Assembly (NCBI GenBank): GCA_965217895.1
Contig: CBDCJV010000002.1
Span: 3,616,001-3,680,000, forward strand
Source of the DNA: Waterburya sp.
Lineage (GTDB): Bacteria; Cyanobacteriota; Cyanobacteriia; Cyanobacteriales; Xenococcaceae
Reading direction: 5' to 3'
Length of the DNA: 64,000 nt
Positions within the stretch are counted from its first letter, which is position 1; every line of letters begins with the position of its first letter. This document shows, in pieces, positions 31,617 to 44,741 of the stretch. The notes under the pieces were generated by a model. That model had not been told where the DNA came from. It saw only the letters and a program-made list of their open reading frames with translations, and did no database searches. A program made the position numbers and the translations under genes.

Positions 31617-31754
31617 AATTTAGACGAAACCTTTATGAATACCTTGAGCCTGAAAACGCTTTTTCCTTTGCTATATTCGCTTTTTAGCGAAGAGAAATTG
31701 GTTGTAATCTGTCGAAGAGGAGGGAAGTAAGAGTCAGCCTGTTATCACAGGCGA

Positions 31755-31827
31755 AGCTGGCAACAGGACTTGAACCTGCGACCGGCTGATTACAAATCAG
31801 CTGCTCTACCAACTGAGCTACGCCAGC
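31755..31827 (-). tRNA. trnT: tRNA-Thr(UGU)
   Basis: Reverse complement GCTGGCGTAGCTCAGTTGGTAGAGCAGCTGATTTGTAATCAGCCGGTCGCAGGTTCAAGTCCTGTTGCCAGCT forms a cloverleaf with anticodon TGT. Confidence 0.95.
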
Positions 31828-31906
31828 ACATAGAAATACATAATAACAGACTATTTAATACATGAGCAAGTTTTTCTTGGGGTTGATAAATTTTAACCCC
31901 AAATTC

Positions 31907-32554
31907 TTATGCCATACTACTTTCAATTGCCCAGCGTGCTAGTTCAGTACGATTATTAAGACTAGTTTTATTGAGCATATTTGATACATGACTCTCAATA
32001 GTCCTCTGGCTGACGTTTAACTGTTGAGCAATTTCGCGATTTGCCATTCCCTTCGCTACTAACTGCACTACCTTTAGTTCTGTAGGAGTTAAATCTACAT
32101 TGTGAGGTACGATGATAGTCGGCGCACCGTCTAAGCCTTTATGACGACCTTGTTCCCAACGCTTAAGCTGACTTAAGGAAGATTCTACCTGAGCGACTAA
32201 TTCTTCAGGCTCAAAAGGTTTGACCATGTAAACATCTGCACCTTCATTTAACCCTTTGACTCTATCTTGGCTTTGACCTTTAGCCGAGAGAAACAATACG
32301 GGAATTCGATTTGTAACTGGTTCTTCACGGATATGTTTTACTAAAGCATATCCATCCATTTCAGGCATCATAACGTCACAAATAATCATGTCAGGAACGT
32401 TTTGATCTAGAACTTCTAGAGCTTCCCTGCCGTTTTCTGCTGTATCTACGTTGTATCCTCTAAATTCTAAATAATCTTTAACCAGCAAAATTAAATTTGG
32501 GTCATCATCTATGAGCAGCAGTTTTTTATTATCTTTAGTGGAAGTGTCTTTCAT
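31907..32554 (-). CDS. NarL/LuxR-family response regulator
   Basis: Receiver LLLIDDD..ICDVMMP..KPF plus LuxR HTH LTPTELKV..NREIA..RTIESHVSN. Confidence 0.9.
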   Translation of the reverse strand: MKDTSTKDNKKLLLIDDDPNLILLVKDYLEFRGYNVDTAENGREALEVLDQNVPDMIICDVMMPEMDGYALVKHIREEPVTNRIPVLFLSAKGQSQDRVKGLNEGADVYMVKPFEPEELVAQVESSLSQLKRWEQGRHKGLDGAPTIIVPHNVDLTPTELKVVQLVAKGMANREIAQQLNVSQRTIESHVSNMLNKTSLNNRTELARWAIESSMA

Positions 32555-32968
32555 AGGTAATAGTCTTTAGCTTTTAGCTTAGGCGTGAATTAAATTCACT
32601 TTTTGTTATGTCTCTCTATTTAATATATAAAGTATGAGAGAGATTACTGAGCGATAAATTTAAGAATATGTTAATTCAACTAGACGGCAAAAAATTAATA
32701 TTGTCTGTCATAACTGTGGAATTACACAATATATAATTTAACCTCGATCTGATTTTTCGACACCCTTTTACTGTTAAATTATTTGAAACCTAGCCCTAGT
32801 TAAAGTTTTGGTTATCAATAATTTCAAATAGTATTATTTAAAATCCACAACTGGAAAATATTTAATACTTAAGTAATATTTCTTTTTACTCCAGGTATAA
32901 TCACCAGAGAAAAATAACATTTAATCACTTTTACTAACAAGAAAGGCACTACTTTTTTACTTATAGTT

Positions 32969-33547
32969 ATGTTTACTGAACAGCTAACTCAAATAATAAG
33001 ATCCCGTCGTTCTACTAAACCGCGCCTTTTCAATGGTCAGAAAATAAAAGATGAGATCGTTTGGGAGATACTAGAAAATGCTAACTGGGCTCCCAATCAT
33101 GGCTTAACTCAACCTTGGAAATATAAAGTATTTACTGATTCAGGATTAAAAAAGCTGGCCAATTTTCAAGCGGATTTATATAAAAAACTTACTTCCACCG
33201 AAAAATTTCAGTCTGAAAAATGCGATCGCCTGAAGTCTAACGTGCTTAAGTCTTCTCATGTAATTGTTATTTGTATGCAACGGCAAACAACAGAAAAGAT
33301 CCCAGAAATAGAAGAGATCGAAGCTGTTGCCTGTAGCGTGCAAAATATGGCATTAACCGCAGCAGCTTACGAGATTTGCAGCTTTTGGGGATCGGGAGGC
33401 ATTACCTATACGGAAGAATTAAAAAGTTTTCTTGGTTTGGCAGCAAAGGATAAGTGCCTGGGTTATTTGTATCTGGGATATAGCGATAATCCCTGCATGA
33501 AAAGCCGTCGTGAACCAATTAAGAATCAGGTTGAGTGGTTTGATTGA
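32969..33547 (+). CDS. Nitroreductase family protein
   Basis: IRSRRS, WAPNHGLTQPW and CSVQNMAL. Confidence 0.85.
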   Translation: MFTEQLTQIIRSRRSTKPRLFNGQKIKDEIVWEILENANWAPNHGLTQPWKYKVFTDSGLKKLANFQADLYKKLTSTEKFQSEKCDRLKSNVLKSSHVIVICMQRQTTEKIPEIEEIEAVACSVQNMALTAAAYEICSFWGSGGITYTEELKSFLGLAAKDKCLGYLYLGYSDNPCMKSRREPIKNQVEWFD

Positions 33548-33562
33548 AGTTATTATTAGTTG

Positions 33563-35608
<2,046 letters not shown>

Positions 35609-35675
35609 TCATTTAACATTTATCATTGGTTTGGAGGTAGGCTTAAAACCAATGATAAATGTTCAATAGTTAAGA

Positions 35676-36248
35676 TCATGAATCAGAGTTAAGCAGTCTA
35701 TCAACTTCTAAGGGGCTTTTCCCGAAACAACTATTTATTATTTTAGTGACTTCCTCACTCTTTAATCCAGGCAAATAAATACTTGCTGTTTTTTCCAAAT
35801 ATCCAACACTATCTTTAACAAAAAACCTAATTTTATTTTGTTCCCAGATCCAAACTTCAGGAATGTTTAAATACTGATATTTGGTCAGATCGTCTATGTT
35901 ACCTGAAGTAAGATTAACTTCAACCGCCAGATCGGGCTTTTCTTTATTTATACTAAAAGAGTAAGCTATATCTGGCTCTTTTCCTTCTTGCCCTTCCTGC
36001 TTTAATCTAGTTTGGTTAAAAGTATAGGGAAGCAACTTAATTTGGCGACAATACCCCCAGATAACTGCTCGAATCAAATCGCCGATCATTTCATGATTTC
36101 GCCCAGGGGACACAATAGTTATAACTCGATTACGAAAGGAGACTAAATGATGAGGAAGTTCTAAATTTTCGTATTCCTCCCAAGAGGCATCTGTAATTAC
36201 CAAAGCGCGATCGCTATTTTGTGTTCCAATAGCTAATTGATTCAACAA
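35676..36248 (-). CDS. Uma2 family endonuclease-fold protein
   Basis: KEPDIAY, PDLAVEV and YQYLNIPEVWIW. Confidence 0.85.
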   Translation of the reverse strand: MLNQLAIGTQNSDRALVITDASWEEYENLELPHHLVSFRNRVITIVSPGRNHEMIGDLIRAVIWGYCRQIKLLPYTFNQTRLKQEGQEGKEPDIAYSFSINKEKPDLAVEVNLTSGNIDDLTKYQYLNIPEVWIWEQNKIRFFVKDSVGYLEKTASIYLPGLKSEEVTKIINSCFGKSPLEVDRLLNSDS

Positions 36249-36335
36249 TGTTAATCCTCTCTAGCAAGCGATCGACTTTAATGCAATTATACTTTGTTAT
36301 CTTTCTCTAATCATCTACATCATAGGTAAATAACA

Positions 36336-37157
36336 TTGGTTTTTGACCTAGAGTCATACAAACAAGTTTGGCAAAGACTCAATCAGAGTCAAATAGTTAC
36401 TCAACTAAATTCTATTCAGTCTATTCCTTTATACGTCTTTGACAGCATTCCTTCAACTAATATAAAACTCTGGGACTTAATTGATAGTGGAGTAAAAACT
36501 CCTGTAGGTATAATCGCCCTTCAACAAACCGCAGGCAGAGGACAATGGGGTAAAAATTGGGTTTCAACAGAAGGTGGACTATATTTATCTGTTGCTCTAG
36601 ATCTAGATTTAAACATTCAAAACAATCCTCATTTAGTAATGGCGACAGCCTGGGGAATTGCGACGGTTTTACGACATCATGAGTTACCAGTAACTATTAA
36701 ATGGTCGAATGATTTGATTTTAAATCAGCGTAAGTTAGGCGGGATAAAAATTGAAACTCGTAACTTGCAAAATAAAATAGCCAAAGCAGTTGTGGGAGTG
36801 GGAATCAATTGGTGTAATTATGTTCCTGATGTTGGTATTAATCTTAAGTCTTGTTATCAAAATAAACCCCAGCCAAACATTGCATCTCTAGAAGAATTAG
36901 CAGCAATTACTGCTTACGGAATCGTCTTCGGATATCAATATTATTTAGCAGTAGGAATTGAGCAATTATTAGCTGATTATCTTACAATACTCAATAGCTT
37001 AGGCAAACAAGTAACAGTGAATAACTGTTCTGGGGAAGTAATGGGAGTAACTACAGACGGTAAGTTAAAAGTAAAATTGCGATCGCCTGGAGCAACTACA
37101 GAAATTTATCTTGCCCCTGGACAACTCAGTTTGGGATATCAAAACAACAACAACTAA
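36336..37157 (+). CDS. birA: Biotin-[acetyl-CoA-carboxylase] ligase
   Basis: PSTN, QTAGRGQWGKNW, IKWSND, KLGGI and GVGIN. Confidence 0.9.
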   Translation: MVFDLESYKQVWQRLNQSQIVTQLNSIQSIPLYVFDSIPSTNIKLWDLIDSGVKTPVGIIALQQTAGRGQWGKNWVSTEGGLYLSVALDLDLNIQNNPHLVMATAWGIATVLRHHELPVTIKWSNDLILNQRKLGGIKIETRNLQNKIAKAVVGVGINWCNYVPDVGINLKSCYQNKPQPNIASLEELAAITAYGIVFGYQYYLAVGIEQLLADYLTILNSLGKQVTVNNCSGEVMGVTTDGKLKVKLRSPGATTEIYLAPGQLSLGYQNNNN

Positions 37158-37222
37158 GTTGAGTCGCTATGGAAAGCAAAAATCTAGTTTTTCTTCAATT
37201 GTAGATGATTTAATTATTTTAC

Positions 37223-38254
37223 TTACCTAATTTTCATCAAAGATGGCGATCGCTTTAACTGTGATAAATTAACATTTCCCGTACAAAACATAACTGTTTT
37301 AATTTCAGCAATCAATAATTCAATTAACTCGTCTATGGCTGATTCTGATTCGGATGCAACCTGAAGAAAAGGAAAGGCTAATCCTGCCAAATCTGCCCCT
37401 AAGGCGAGCGCTTTTGCCACTTCCATACCATCTCGTAAGCCTCCCGAAGCAATTAGAGGTAAGTCTGAATATTGTTGGCGAATTTGGACAATACAGTCGG
37501 CAGTGGAAATCCCCCAGTCGGCAAAGGTTCTGCCTAATCTCCACTGTAAATTGGTTTCTGCTCTTTCGCTTTCTACTTTTGCCCAGGATGTTCCTCCTGC
37601 ACCTGCTACATCAATGACATCTATCCCTGCTTCAATTAGCTTCGTTGTCATGGTTGCAGATATACCGTTGCCAACTTCTTTAGCAATTACGGGTACGCTT
37701 ATTTGCTGACATAGCTGTTTTATTTTGGCTAACAAACCTCTAAATTTCGTATCGCCGCTGGGTTGGATACATTCTTGTAAAGGGTTAAGATGCAGAATCA
37801 GCGCATCAGCTTTTAAAATATCTACGACTCTCAAACACTGCTCAATGCCATAGGTATAATTAAGCTGTACCGCGCCCAAGTTAGCAAACAGTATAGCATC
37901 AGGAGCAAGCGATCGCACGTCGAAAGTATGCGCTACATCAGGATTTTCTACTGCAATCCGTTGTGAACCAACCCCCATCGCCAAACCGTGTTTTTGGGCT
38001 GCTATGGCTAAACGAGAGTTAATCATTTTTGCCTGTTCTGTTCCTCCCGTCATGGAAGAGATTAGTATGGGTGCATTTAAAGTTTTACCGAGAAATTTTA
38101 GACTTAAATCAACTTCGCTTAAGTTAATTTCAGGTAAACAGGAGTGTTCAAAACGATATTTATCTAATCCATTAGTTAAATTACGAAACTGAACATCTTC
38201 CTCCAGACAAATACGCAGATGATCGGCTTTCCTAGTTTGCGTATTGGTCATCAA
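37223..38254 (-). CDS. fni: Type 2 isopentenyl-diphosphate isomerase
   Basis: [33 protein letters not shown] and AGAGGTSW. Confidence 0.93.
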   Translation of the reverse strand: MMTNTQTRKADHLRICLEEDVQFRNLTNGLDKYRFEHSCLPEINLSEVDLSLKFLGKTLNAPILISSMTGGTEQAKMINSRLAIAAQKHGLAMGVGSQRIAVENPDVAHTFDVRSLAPDAILFANLGAVQLNYTYGIEQCLRVVDILKADALILHLNPLQECIQPSGDTKFRGLLAKIKQLCQQISVPVIAKEVGNGISATMTTKLIEAGIDVIDVAGAGGTSWAKVESERAETNLQWRLGRTFADWGISTADCIVQIRQQYSDLPLIASGGLRDGMEVAKALALGADLAGLAFPFLQVASESESAIDELIELLIAEIKTVMFCTGNVNLSQLKRSPSLMKIR

Positions 38255-39024
38255 TTTTTAACTCCTTAATAAATAACTATATCAATTTACGTTTAATATG
38301 CTTATTCTTGCCTGTTTCAGGCACATCGTAATTTAATTTTTGCAATATTATATTACAGTAAAAAACTAAATACCTGGTTGACTGACAAAACTTACGAAAT
38401 CAGTTCCGTGTGTACAAACCATCTATCTGCCAGGAGAATTACCTTTACTGACCCTGGTAATCTTACCTGTGCTTGTTGAATGATTCATTTCTCGATAATC
38501 GGCAAATGCAACACTGGCACTGTCATGTCTCATCACTCTCTAAACTAGGGGTAATGCTCTCAGATGCGGCTAAAGCCTTTCTCGATGAATTACACTTAGG
38601 CGTATTAAACAATATTCATCCCAAAATAGAGAAGTATCTAGTGCCAAAAAGATGCTCAATTCTGACCAATCAACTAAAGCAGCTTGAATCAGTGATTTGT
38701 ATAGTCATTCCAATTAATTTCCTCGTGATTGACTGGTTTTAAGTCAGAAGTCAGGATGTTTAGCCTGTTTGCAAACTCATATTTAAAGTATGTTTTGATA
38801 ATCGGATTTGATATATTGCGCTTTTGGGTTGAGTAGAACACAAAAGTTTAATCTGAAAAGCTAATAGCTAATAGCTAAAAACCAGTTAATCTCGAACGTA
38901 GTCTACCCAATTGAGCGTGGCGGATGCCGAACCTGCGTCGGCATATCCAACCACGCTGTTGAAAATTGCTGTAATTCGCTCAAGATTGGATTTACTAATA
39001 TTCACTGAGTTCGAGATCGTAAAA

Positions 39025-39068
39025 AGGGCAAGTATGCTCAAAACAACTTTTTTTAGCGTACCTGCCCT
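39025..39068 (-). terminator. Intrinsic terminator-like hairpin after DUF4912 gene
   Basis: AGGGCAAGTATGCT...AGCGTACCTGCCCT flanked by an A-run that gives a U-tract on the - strand. Confidence 0.6.
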
Positions 39069-39115
39069 AAAAATTGGTTTTTATCCCAATCTGCTTAACT
39101 CGAACTTAGATTGAT

Positions 39116-40351
39116 TTAAGCAAACCATTCTTCGACCGCTTCAGCTTTAGTATTGGTATTGCGAGAAGTAGTTTCACGTTCAAAGTTCATATGAATTGAA
39201 CGAGTTTGCTCACCATCAACCGCTACTGCCTTGATAGGATAGTCAATAACACCATCTTGGAAAGACATCTGGAAGCGGAAAGTGCCGTCAGAATTAAGTT
39301 TAATTTGGCGATCGCCAATAGTTACCGTTGCATCAGGCTCTGTTGCACCATAAACAATAAGTTCGGCATCAGCCACTAGCCAAAATTGACGAGGACGAGC
39401 AGCAATATCTCCAGAGAAACCTGCACCAGACATATTTTGTCCAGAAGCAGTTGGTAAAGCCCACATTCCTGCACCAGAAGGGAATACATAGGAGCTAACC
39501 GCTGATTCAGGGGTTTGCTGCATTGAACCAAACAAAGAACCTGCCATCCGCATAGATTCGGTGGATTGAGTCATGCCGAAGACAGCGTTGTAAAGGCGAT
39601 CGCCTTCGGGAGCATTCATATTTGTATTTGTACTTGCGGTCTGCTTCTTAGCAGGAGGCACAAGCTCATAAAGGGTCTTACCTTTGATATCGTCCTGCCA
39701 GTCTACGGTAATAAAAGCATCCTCAATCCAATCAGAAGGATAGACAGGAGGAATGCTTACCGAAGCAGAGCGAGCTAATACCAGCCAGCGACCATCAGCA
39801 CAGCGATAGCCAATGTCGGCAACATAATCGCGATCGCTTACGGGAATAGGCAAATACCATTCTCTTGCCATCTCATCACAGAGATATTCCTGTACGCTAT
39901 GGGGTGCTTGACTGTTGATCTCAATATCTGTCACATCATAGATACGCAAAGCTAGCTGTTGCCCGCCTTGGCGACGCAACTCTTCTTTGTGAACATTAGG
40001 AACGTCCCAGTAAGCATAAGCCCACTGTGGATCGCGAGGCATCAACACAATACGGCTGTCTCCATAACCGTCAGGAAGCTCTCCCAAATCTTGATCGACA
40101 GAAGCAAGGCTTTCCCTTAAATTATCTTCTTGACCGACTTCAAATTTCGTAGCTTTCACTTGTTGTTCCTCCTGGGTGGCTGATTGATTTTGAGAGAATT
40201 TTTCTGGTTCTGTTTTATTAATTGCTTCTTTGATAGAAGTTAGCAGTTGTGCTTTACGCATTCTGCTATAACGGGATATTTTATATTCGCTGGCAACTTT
40301 TCTAAGCTGCCTCAAGGTCATTTCTTCTAATGGTGGTCGTTCTTTCGCCAT
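39116..40351 (-). CDS. DUF4912 protein with Rho-N-like N-terminus
   Basis: MTLRQLRKVAS..YSRMRKAQL, LMPRDPQWAYAYWD and FWLVADAELIVYGATEP. Confidence 0.85.
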   Translation of the reverse strand: MAKERPPLEEMTLRQLRKVASEYKISRYSRMRKAQLLTSIKEAINKTEPEKFSQNQSATQEEQQVKATKFEVGQEDNLRESLASVDQDLGELPDGYGDSRIVLMPRDPQWAYAYWDVPNVHKEELRRQGGQQLALRIYDVTDIEINSQAPHSVQEYLCDEMAREWYLPIPVSDRDYVADIGYRCADGRWLVLARSASVSIPPVYPSDWIEDAFITVDWQDDIKGKTLYELVPPAKKQTASTNTNMNAPEGDRLYNAVFGMTQSTESMRMAGSLFGSMQQTPESAVSSYVFPSGAGMWALPTASGQNMSGAGFSGDIAARPRQFWLVADAELIVYGATEPDATVTIGDRQIKLNSDGTFRFQMSFQDGVIDYPIKAVAVDGEQTRSIHMNFERETTSRNTNTKAEAVEEWFA

Positions 40352-40640
40352 TGACTTACAGCCTCCGATTAGTTAGACGGTGTTTAGCTGCTTACAGCCA
40401 TATTTAAGACAGAGAAATTAGAATTTCGTCAGTCTTTCAACCTTAATTTTCGTCTACTTAATATTCTTATTTATTTGTACGTGGGTGGGAAAGGTCTTAA
40501 CCACTTAAATATGTTATAGCAACAAATTAAGTCAGGGGATCAAGATAGAACCAGCAAAAACTAAATGAATAACGAGTTTATTAGACTTTAGCTTCTTTTT
40601 TATCATGTAAACATGACATTTGCTGAGACTGCTCCCAATG

Positions 40641-40682
40641 AAAAGGAGATTATGTCACAAAAACATGACATAATCTCCTTTT
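40641..40682. terminator. Perfect hairpin, possibly bidirectional terminator
   Basis: AAAAGGAGATTATGTCA...TGACATAATCTCCTTTT. Confidence 0.6.
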
Positions 40683-40801
40683 CTTAACTGCTATGATTTA
40701 AAACTGTATATCACTCAATTTTTTGCATCAAGTCACAACAAAATCAATCAAATATTTGAGAGCTTAAATGTAGTCAGAGATTACTCCGCCCGTTGGTCAT
40801 T

Positions 40802-41128
40802 CTATTTTTTAAAAGAAAAAGACTTTGGTGTGTGAGGAAAATATTGTATTTCGTTATAGCTATCTAATTTATTTTCTTGCTTTTCCTGTTTTATTTGGTG
40901 AGGTTTTTTTGTCAAACCCAGCTTGTTTAGTAGAAAATATGTACCTACCCCTAAAACTGCTCCCAATGCAAGTCCAATAGCAATCAATTTAATAAAAATT
41001 TTCTCTAACTGTTTTTTGCGAACTGCAACGTTTTTGGCTGATAAATTGGCATCTATATTATCTGTATTTTTATTAGAGTTAGAGTTTTTAGGCAGATCTC
41101 GATCAAAATTATCTTCTGGTTGGTACAT
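40802..41128 (-). CDS. Small single-TM hypothetical protein
   Basis: Hydrophobic LIAIGLALGAVLGVGTYFLL segment. Confidence 0.55.
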   Translation of the reverse strand: MYQPEDNFDRDLPKNSNSNKNTDNIDANLSAKNVAVRKKQLEKIFIKLIAIGLALGAVLGVGTYFLLNKLGLTKKPHQIKQEKQENKLDSYNEIQYFPHTPKSFSFKK

Positions 41129-41244
41129 TAGACAGAACCCTGAAACTTACTTTTAATGATTGATTCTAGTTTAACTCCATAAAAAAAACACTCATATAAA
41201 TGAGTGCTGTTTATTTAAAAATTAGTTAGATCGAAACGATTTAC

Positions 41245-41514
41245 TTATGCTGCAACTTCAGCAGCAGGGTAAACGCTGACCTTTTTTTGTCCTCTTTTTC
41301 TAAATTCAAACTTGACAACGCCGTGGACTAAAGAATACAAAGTATCATCTTTACCACGTCCTACATTATTACCAGGATGAAATTTAGTTCCTCTTTGGCG
41401 AACTATAATACTTCCTGCTGTAACTTCTTGACCACCATAACGCTTAACGCCAAGGCGTTTAGAATTAGAATCACGACCATTACGAGTACTACCCGTTCCT
41501 TTCTTATGAGCCAT
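41245..41514 (-). CDS. rpmA: 50S ribosomal protein L27
   Basis: [16 protein letters not shown]...[10 protein letters not shown]. Confidence 0.98.
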   Translation of the reverse strand: MAHKKGTGSTRNGRDSNSKRLGVKRYGGQEVTAGSIIVRQRGTKFHPGNNVGRGKDDTLYSLVHGVVKFEFRKRGQKKVSVYPAAEVAA

Positions 41515-41556
41515 TTTATCTTCCTCTGTGAATTTTGCTGATAAATTAATGCCTGT

Positions 41557-41949
41557 TTACTCTGCCGTAGCTGCTTCTACTTCTGATGCTTCTACTTCTG
41601 ATGCTTCTACTTCAGCTTTAGCAATAGTTGAACCATTCAAACTAATAGAATCAATCATCAAGCGAGTTAATTCTTGACGATGACCACGCTTTTTGCGAGT
41701 TTTCTTTTTAGGCTGCATTTTATAGACAATGACTTTTTTGCCTCGTCTATGACGCATTACAGTACCTTCTACGGTAGCACCTTCAATCAAAGGACGACCA
41801 ACAGTAACTTCGTTGTCGTTGTTTACCAATAAAACTTTGTCTATGGTGTAGCTAGATTCAGGATCGGCAGCTAGTAAATTAATATCGTAAAAACGACCAG
41901 GTTCAACCTGAATTTGTGTACCGCCGATTTCAACAATTGCGTAAGTCAT
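41557..41949 (-). CDS. rplU: 50S ribosomal protein L21
   Basis: [10 protein letters not shown]...[16 protein letters not shown]-terminal EVEAS repeats. Confidence 0.97.
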   Translation of the reverse strand: MTYAIVEIGGTQIQVEPGRFYDINLLAADPESSYTIDKVLLVNNDNEVTVGRPLIEGATVEGTVMRHRRGKKVIVYKMQPKKKTRKKRGHRQELTRLMIDSISLNGSTIAKAEVEASEVEASEVEAATAE

Positions 41950-42168
41950 AAAATTTATCTATTGTGATATTGCCGTAAGGGTAGCCATGTCAAACTAAAG
42001 GCGACTGAAACTTCAATCGCAATACCTAGTTTCTAACCTTGGCGTTTATTTAAAAACCCGATCCGAGCAGGTATTGAGTGCCCAATCTCTTATTCTCTTG
42101 AGTTATTTTAATTTTGTCAAGATTTTTAATAAGCTTTCGGCTTTCAGCTATTAGCCGTCAGCTTTTTA

Positions 42169-42209
42169 AATTGTAGACGAAACAACGTATTTAGGTTTCG
42201 TCTACAATT
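42169..42209. terminator. Hairpin downstream of chlB
   Basis: AATTGTAGACGAAAC...GTTTCGTCTACAATT perfect 15-bp stem. Confidence 0.6.
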
Positions 42210-42252
42210 CTATTTTAAATTTACGTCAAATTAACTGCTGACCTATAACTGT

Positions 42253-43779
42253 CTATGCGCCGACAGATTCTTTAGCAGCATACATTACTTCTAAAGTAAT
42301 TTCTGATAAATTGCGATCGCGGGCAAACTTTTCGGTATTGCGTTTGACCTTACCTCGTACAAAACCAGGAATTTTACCTAGTTCTACCTTGGCTTCTTTA
42401 TCCCAGTTTAAATCTGAATCAGCCGAAATACCTTTGGTAATAACTTCTTTGGTATCGTGTCCGCCAAAGATTTCTAAGAGGTGATCTTCCATACCCAAAG
42501 TGAAAGAGTTATAAACCAAATCAGCAATTTGATTAGTTCCTTCGTAACCCATAAATGGCTTGTAGCCAATGGGGAAGTTCTGAATGTGAATTGGTGCCGC
42601 AATTACGCCACAGGGAATGTCTAAACGTTTACCTACATGGCGTTCCATCTGTGTCCCAAAAATAGCTGAAGGTTCGTGACGAGCGATCGCATCGCCAATT
42701 GCACCATTGTCATCACTAATTAAAACTTCGTCGCAATATTCGCTTACCTGTTCTCTAAACCAATCCTCGTCATACTTACAATAAGTACCAGCCAAGACAA
42801 CCTGAATCCCCATTTCTCTGGCTAGAATCTTAGTCATAGCTGCTGCATGGGTGTTATCGCCAAACACCACCGCTTTTTTACCTGTCAGGTTTTGACAGTC
42901 AATTGAACGAGAAAACCAGGCTGCTTGAGATACATAGAGAGTTTGGTTATTAATATATTTTTCGTAGTCTACTTCTGCACCCTGAGCATTAACTACCTGC
43001 TGGATTTTGCGAATACAGCGGGCAGTCTCGACTACACCCATCGGCGCAATGTCTACACAGGGCATAGAAAACTCAGACTCTAAGTATTCCGCCGTCATCA
43101 TGCCCAACTCGCGATAGGGAACAAGATTAAACCAGGCACGGGGTAAATTCTTAAGATTATGTACCGAAGCACCATCAGGAATAACTTCGTTTACCTCAAT
43201 TCCCAAGTCCGCCATTAAGCGTTTTAACTCAGTGCAATCATGCTGGTTATGAAAACCTAGGGTAGAAATACCGATAATATTTACCGAGGGTTTTTCAGTT
43301 TTAGCTGTGGGCAATTCCTCTTTTTTACGTGCTTTTTCCAGATAAAACTTAACTACCTGATGCAAAGTGCGATCGGCTGCCTGTAACTCATTGTAGCGAT
43401 AGTGGTTTACATCAGCCAGCATCACGTCCCCTTGGGTATCCATTGAGGCACGGCTAACAAAGTTTTGTAAGTCTTCCTGCAAAATACTAGAGGTGCAGGT
43501 AGGAGTAAGCACAATCAGATCTGGACGTTCTTCTCGATCTTTACGGGTAATATTATCTACTACTTTTTCTTGTGAACCCCGTGCCAAAACATTTCTGTCT
43601 ACAATGCTGGCGGTAACGGGGGTAAAGTTACGCTCTCTTTCTAGCATCGATCGCATGACGTTAAAATAATCATCTCCCAAAGGAGCGTGCATAATAGCGT
43701 GAACATTTTTAAAAGAACTAGCAATGCGTAAAGTGCCGATGTGTGCTGGGCCTGCATACATCCAGTAAGCTAACTTCAT
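42253..43779 (-). CDS. chlB: Light-independent protochlorophyllide reductase subunit B
   Basis: [33 protein letters not shown] and [14 protein letters not shown]. Confidence 0.97.
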   Translation of the reverse strand: MKLAYWMYAGPAHIGTLRIASSFKNVHAIMHAPLGDDYFNVMRSMLERERNFTPVTASIVDRNVLARGSQEKVVDNITRKDREERPDLIVLTPTCTSSILQEDLQNFVSRASMDTQGDVMLADVNHYRYNELQAADRTLHQVVKFYLEKARKKEELPTAKTEKPSVNIIGISTLGFHNQHDCTELKRLMADLGIEVNEVIPDGASVHNLKNLPRAWFNLVPYRELGMMTAEYLESEFSMPCVDIAPMGVVETARCIRKIQQVVNAQGAEVDYEKYINNQTLYVSQAAWFSRSIDCQNLTGKKAVVFGDNTHAAAMTKILAREMGIQVVLAGTYCKYDEDWFREQVSEYCDEVLISDDNGAIGDAIARHEPSAIFGTQMERHVGKRLDIPCGVIAAPIHIQNFPIGYKPFMGYEGTNQIADLVYNSFTLGMEDHLLEIFGGHDTKEVITKGISADSDLNWDKEAKVELGKIPGFVRGKVKRNTEKFARDRNLSEITLEVMYAAKESVGA

Positions 43780-44027
43780 TATGTATTTTCTCCTAAATTA
43801 GATTAACGGAATAAGTTTAGATATTTGGATAGAAAATGGCGTTTAAATATTAAAAACTTAGTTTTGATTGTCTCAGAATTAGGGGAGAGAGTGCGACTAG
43901 TCAATATGCGTAAAAATTCGGAATATAATTATCGCCACATTCTTTTGCTGAAGATGGTTTCAGCTTGCCACCGTCAGGGTAATACAGCAAGTTTTTGAGC
44001 AATAAATCTTAATGCTTAATGTCAATC

Positions 44028-44441
44028 TCAATTCAGTGAAGATTGCTCTATTTCTTTCAGCGTCGCCACTGTTGCAGCAATTTGCAGCTTAATATATCGC
44101 CTTAAATTTATAATTACCGAACTTTGAGAACGAAGCTTTTCACATAGCTTTTCCTTTGAATCTGCACTTTCGCTAGCATAGTCTACATCTGTTTGAATAA
44201 AGTCAAGTAAAGATGGAGAAAGATTATTAATAAAAAATGGCAGCTCAGTATCAGGGTAATTGATTAAAGGATTATTCTCGTCGTCAAGCTCTTCAAGATC
44301 TAGGAGTATTTTAAGCGACTGATGAGTTTCATCTAATACAGCCCCAAGCATTCGATATCTATATTCTAAAAGCTTTTTAACAAGTAGTATATCTTCTTGG
44401 GGGCTAGCGCACTGTAATGCTAGTGCCGTATCTTTAGACAT
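44028..44441 (-). CDS. Hypothetical protein
   Basis: 137-aa helical-looking ORF divergent from the downstream cluster; no recognised motif. Confidence 0.5.
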   Translation of the reverse strand: MSKDTALALQCASPQEDILLVKKLLEYRYRMLGAVLDETHQSLKILLDLEELDDENNPLINYPDTELPFFINNLSPSLLDFIQTDVDYASESADSKEKLCEKLRSQSSVIINLRRYIKLQIAATVATLKEIEQSSLN

Positions 44442-44741
44442 AATAATTTTTCAACTAAAGCGATCGCAATGAAGGCATCTTAGCATTTTCAACAACAGTT
44501 AGGATAGACATAAGCAGTTCAACAAACTTTTAAAAGCCTTGCAGAAAAAGGCGTTGGTAATTTGATGTATGAAGCACAAAGTATGTCTGCTCGTAGCTAT
44601 CAGCTATTAGCTCTTAGCTCTTTATCTAAATTTTATCTGAACTATAGTCAACACATAGTGTATATTTAGGATTTAATTCCCATATTTAATCAAAGAGAGT
44701 TTTTTCTCGGATGAGTAAAAAAGTACAATCATGCCCACTAG

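Noticed and set aside
31755..31827. tRNA-Thr as an integration site
   Set aside because: No duplicated tRNA 3' end or integrase seen; flanks are ordinary genes
38473..38742. 89-aa ORF between fni and DUF4912
   Set aside because: TTG start and no recognisable motif; cannot be supported as a gene
41572..41615. 15-bp tandem repeat (EVEAS) at the rplU 3' end
   Set aside because: Real but ordinary low-complexity acidic tail variation
44593..44622. Heptamer repeats (TAGCTAT/TAGCTCT), also near 38860, 42140 and 53862
   Set aside because: Common cyanobacterial short tandem repeats; not specific island boundaries
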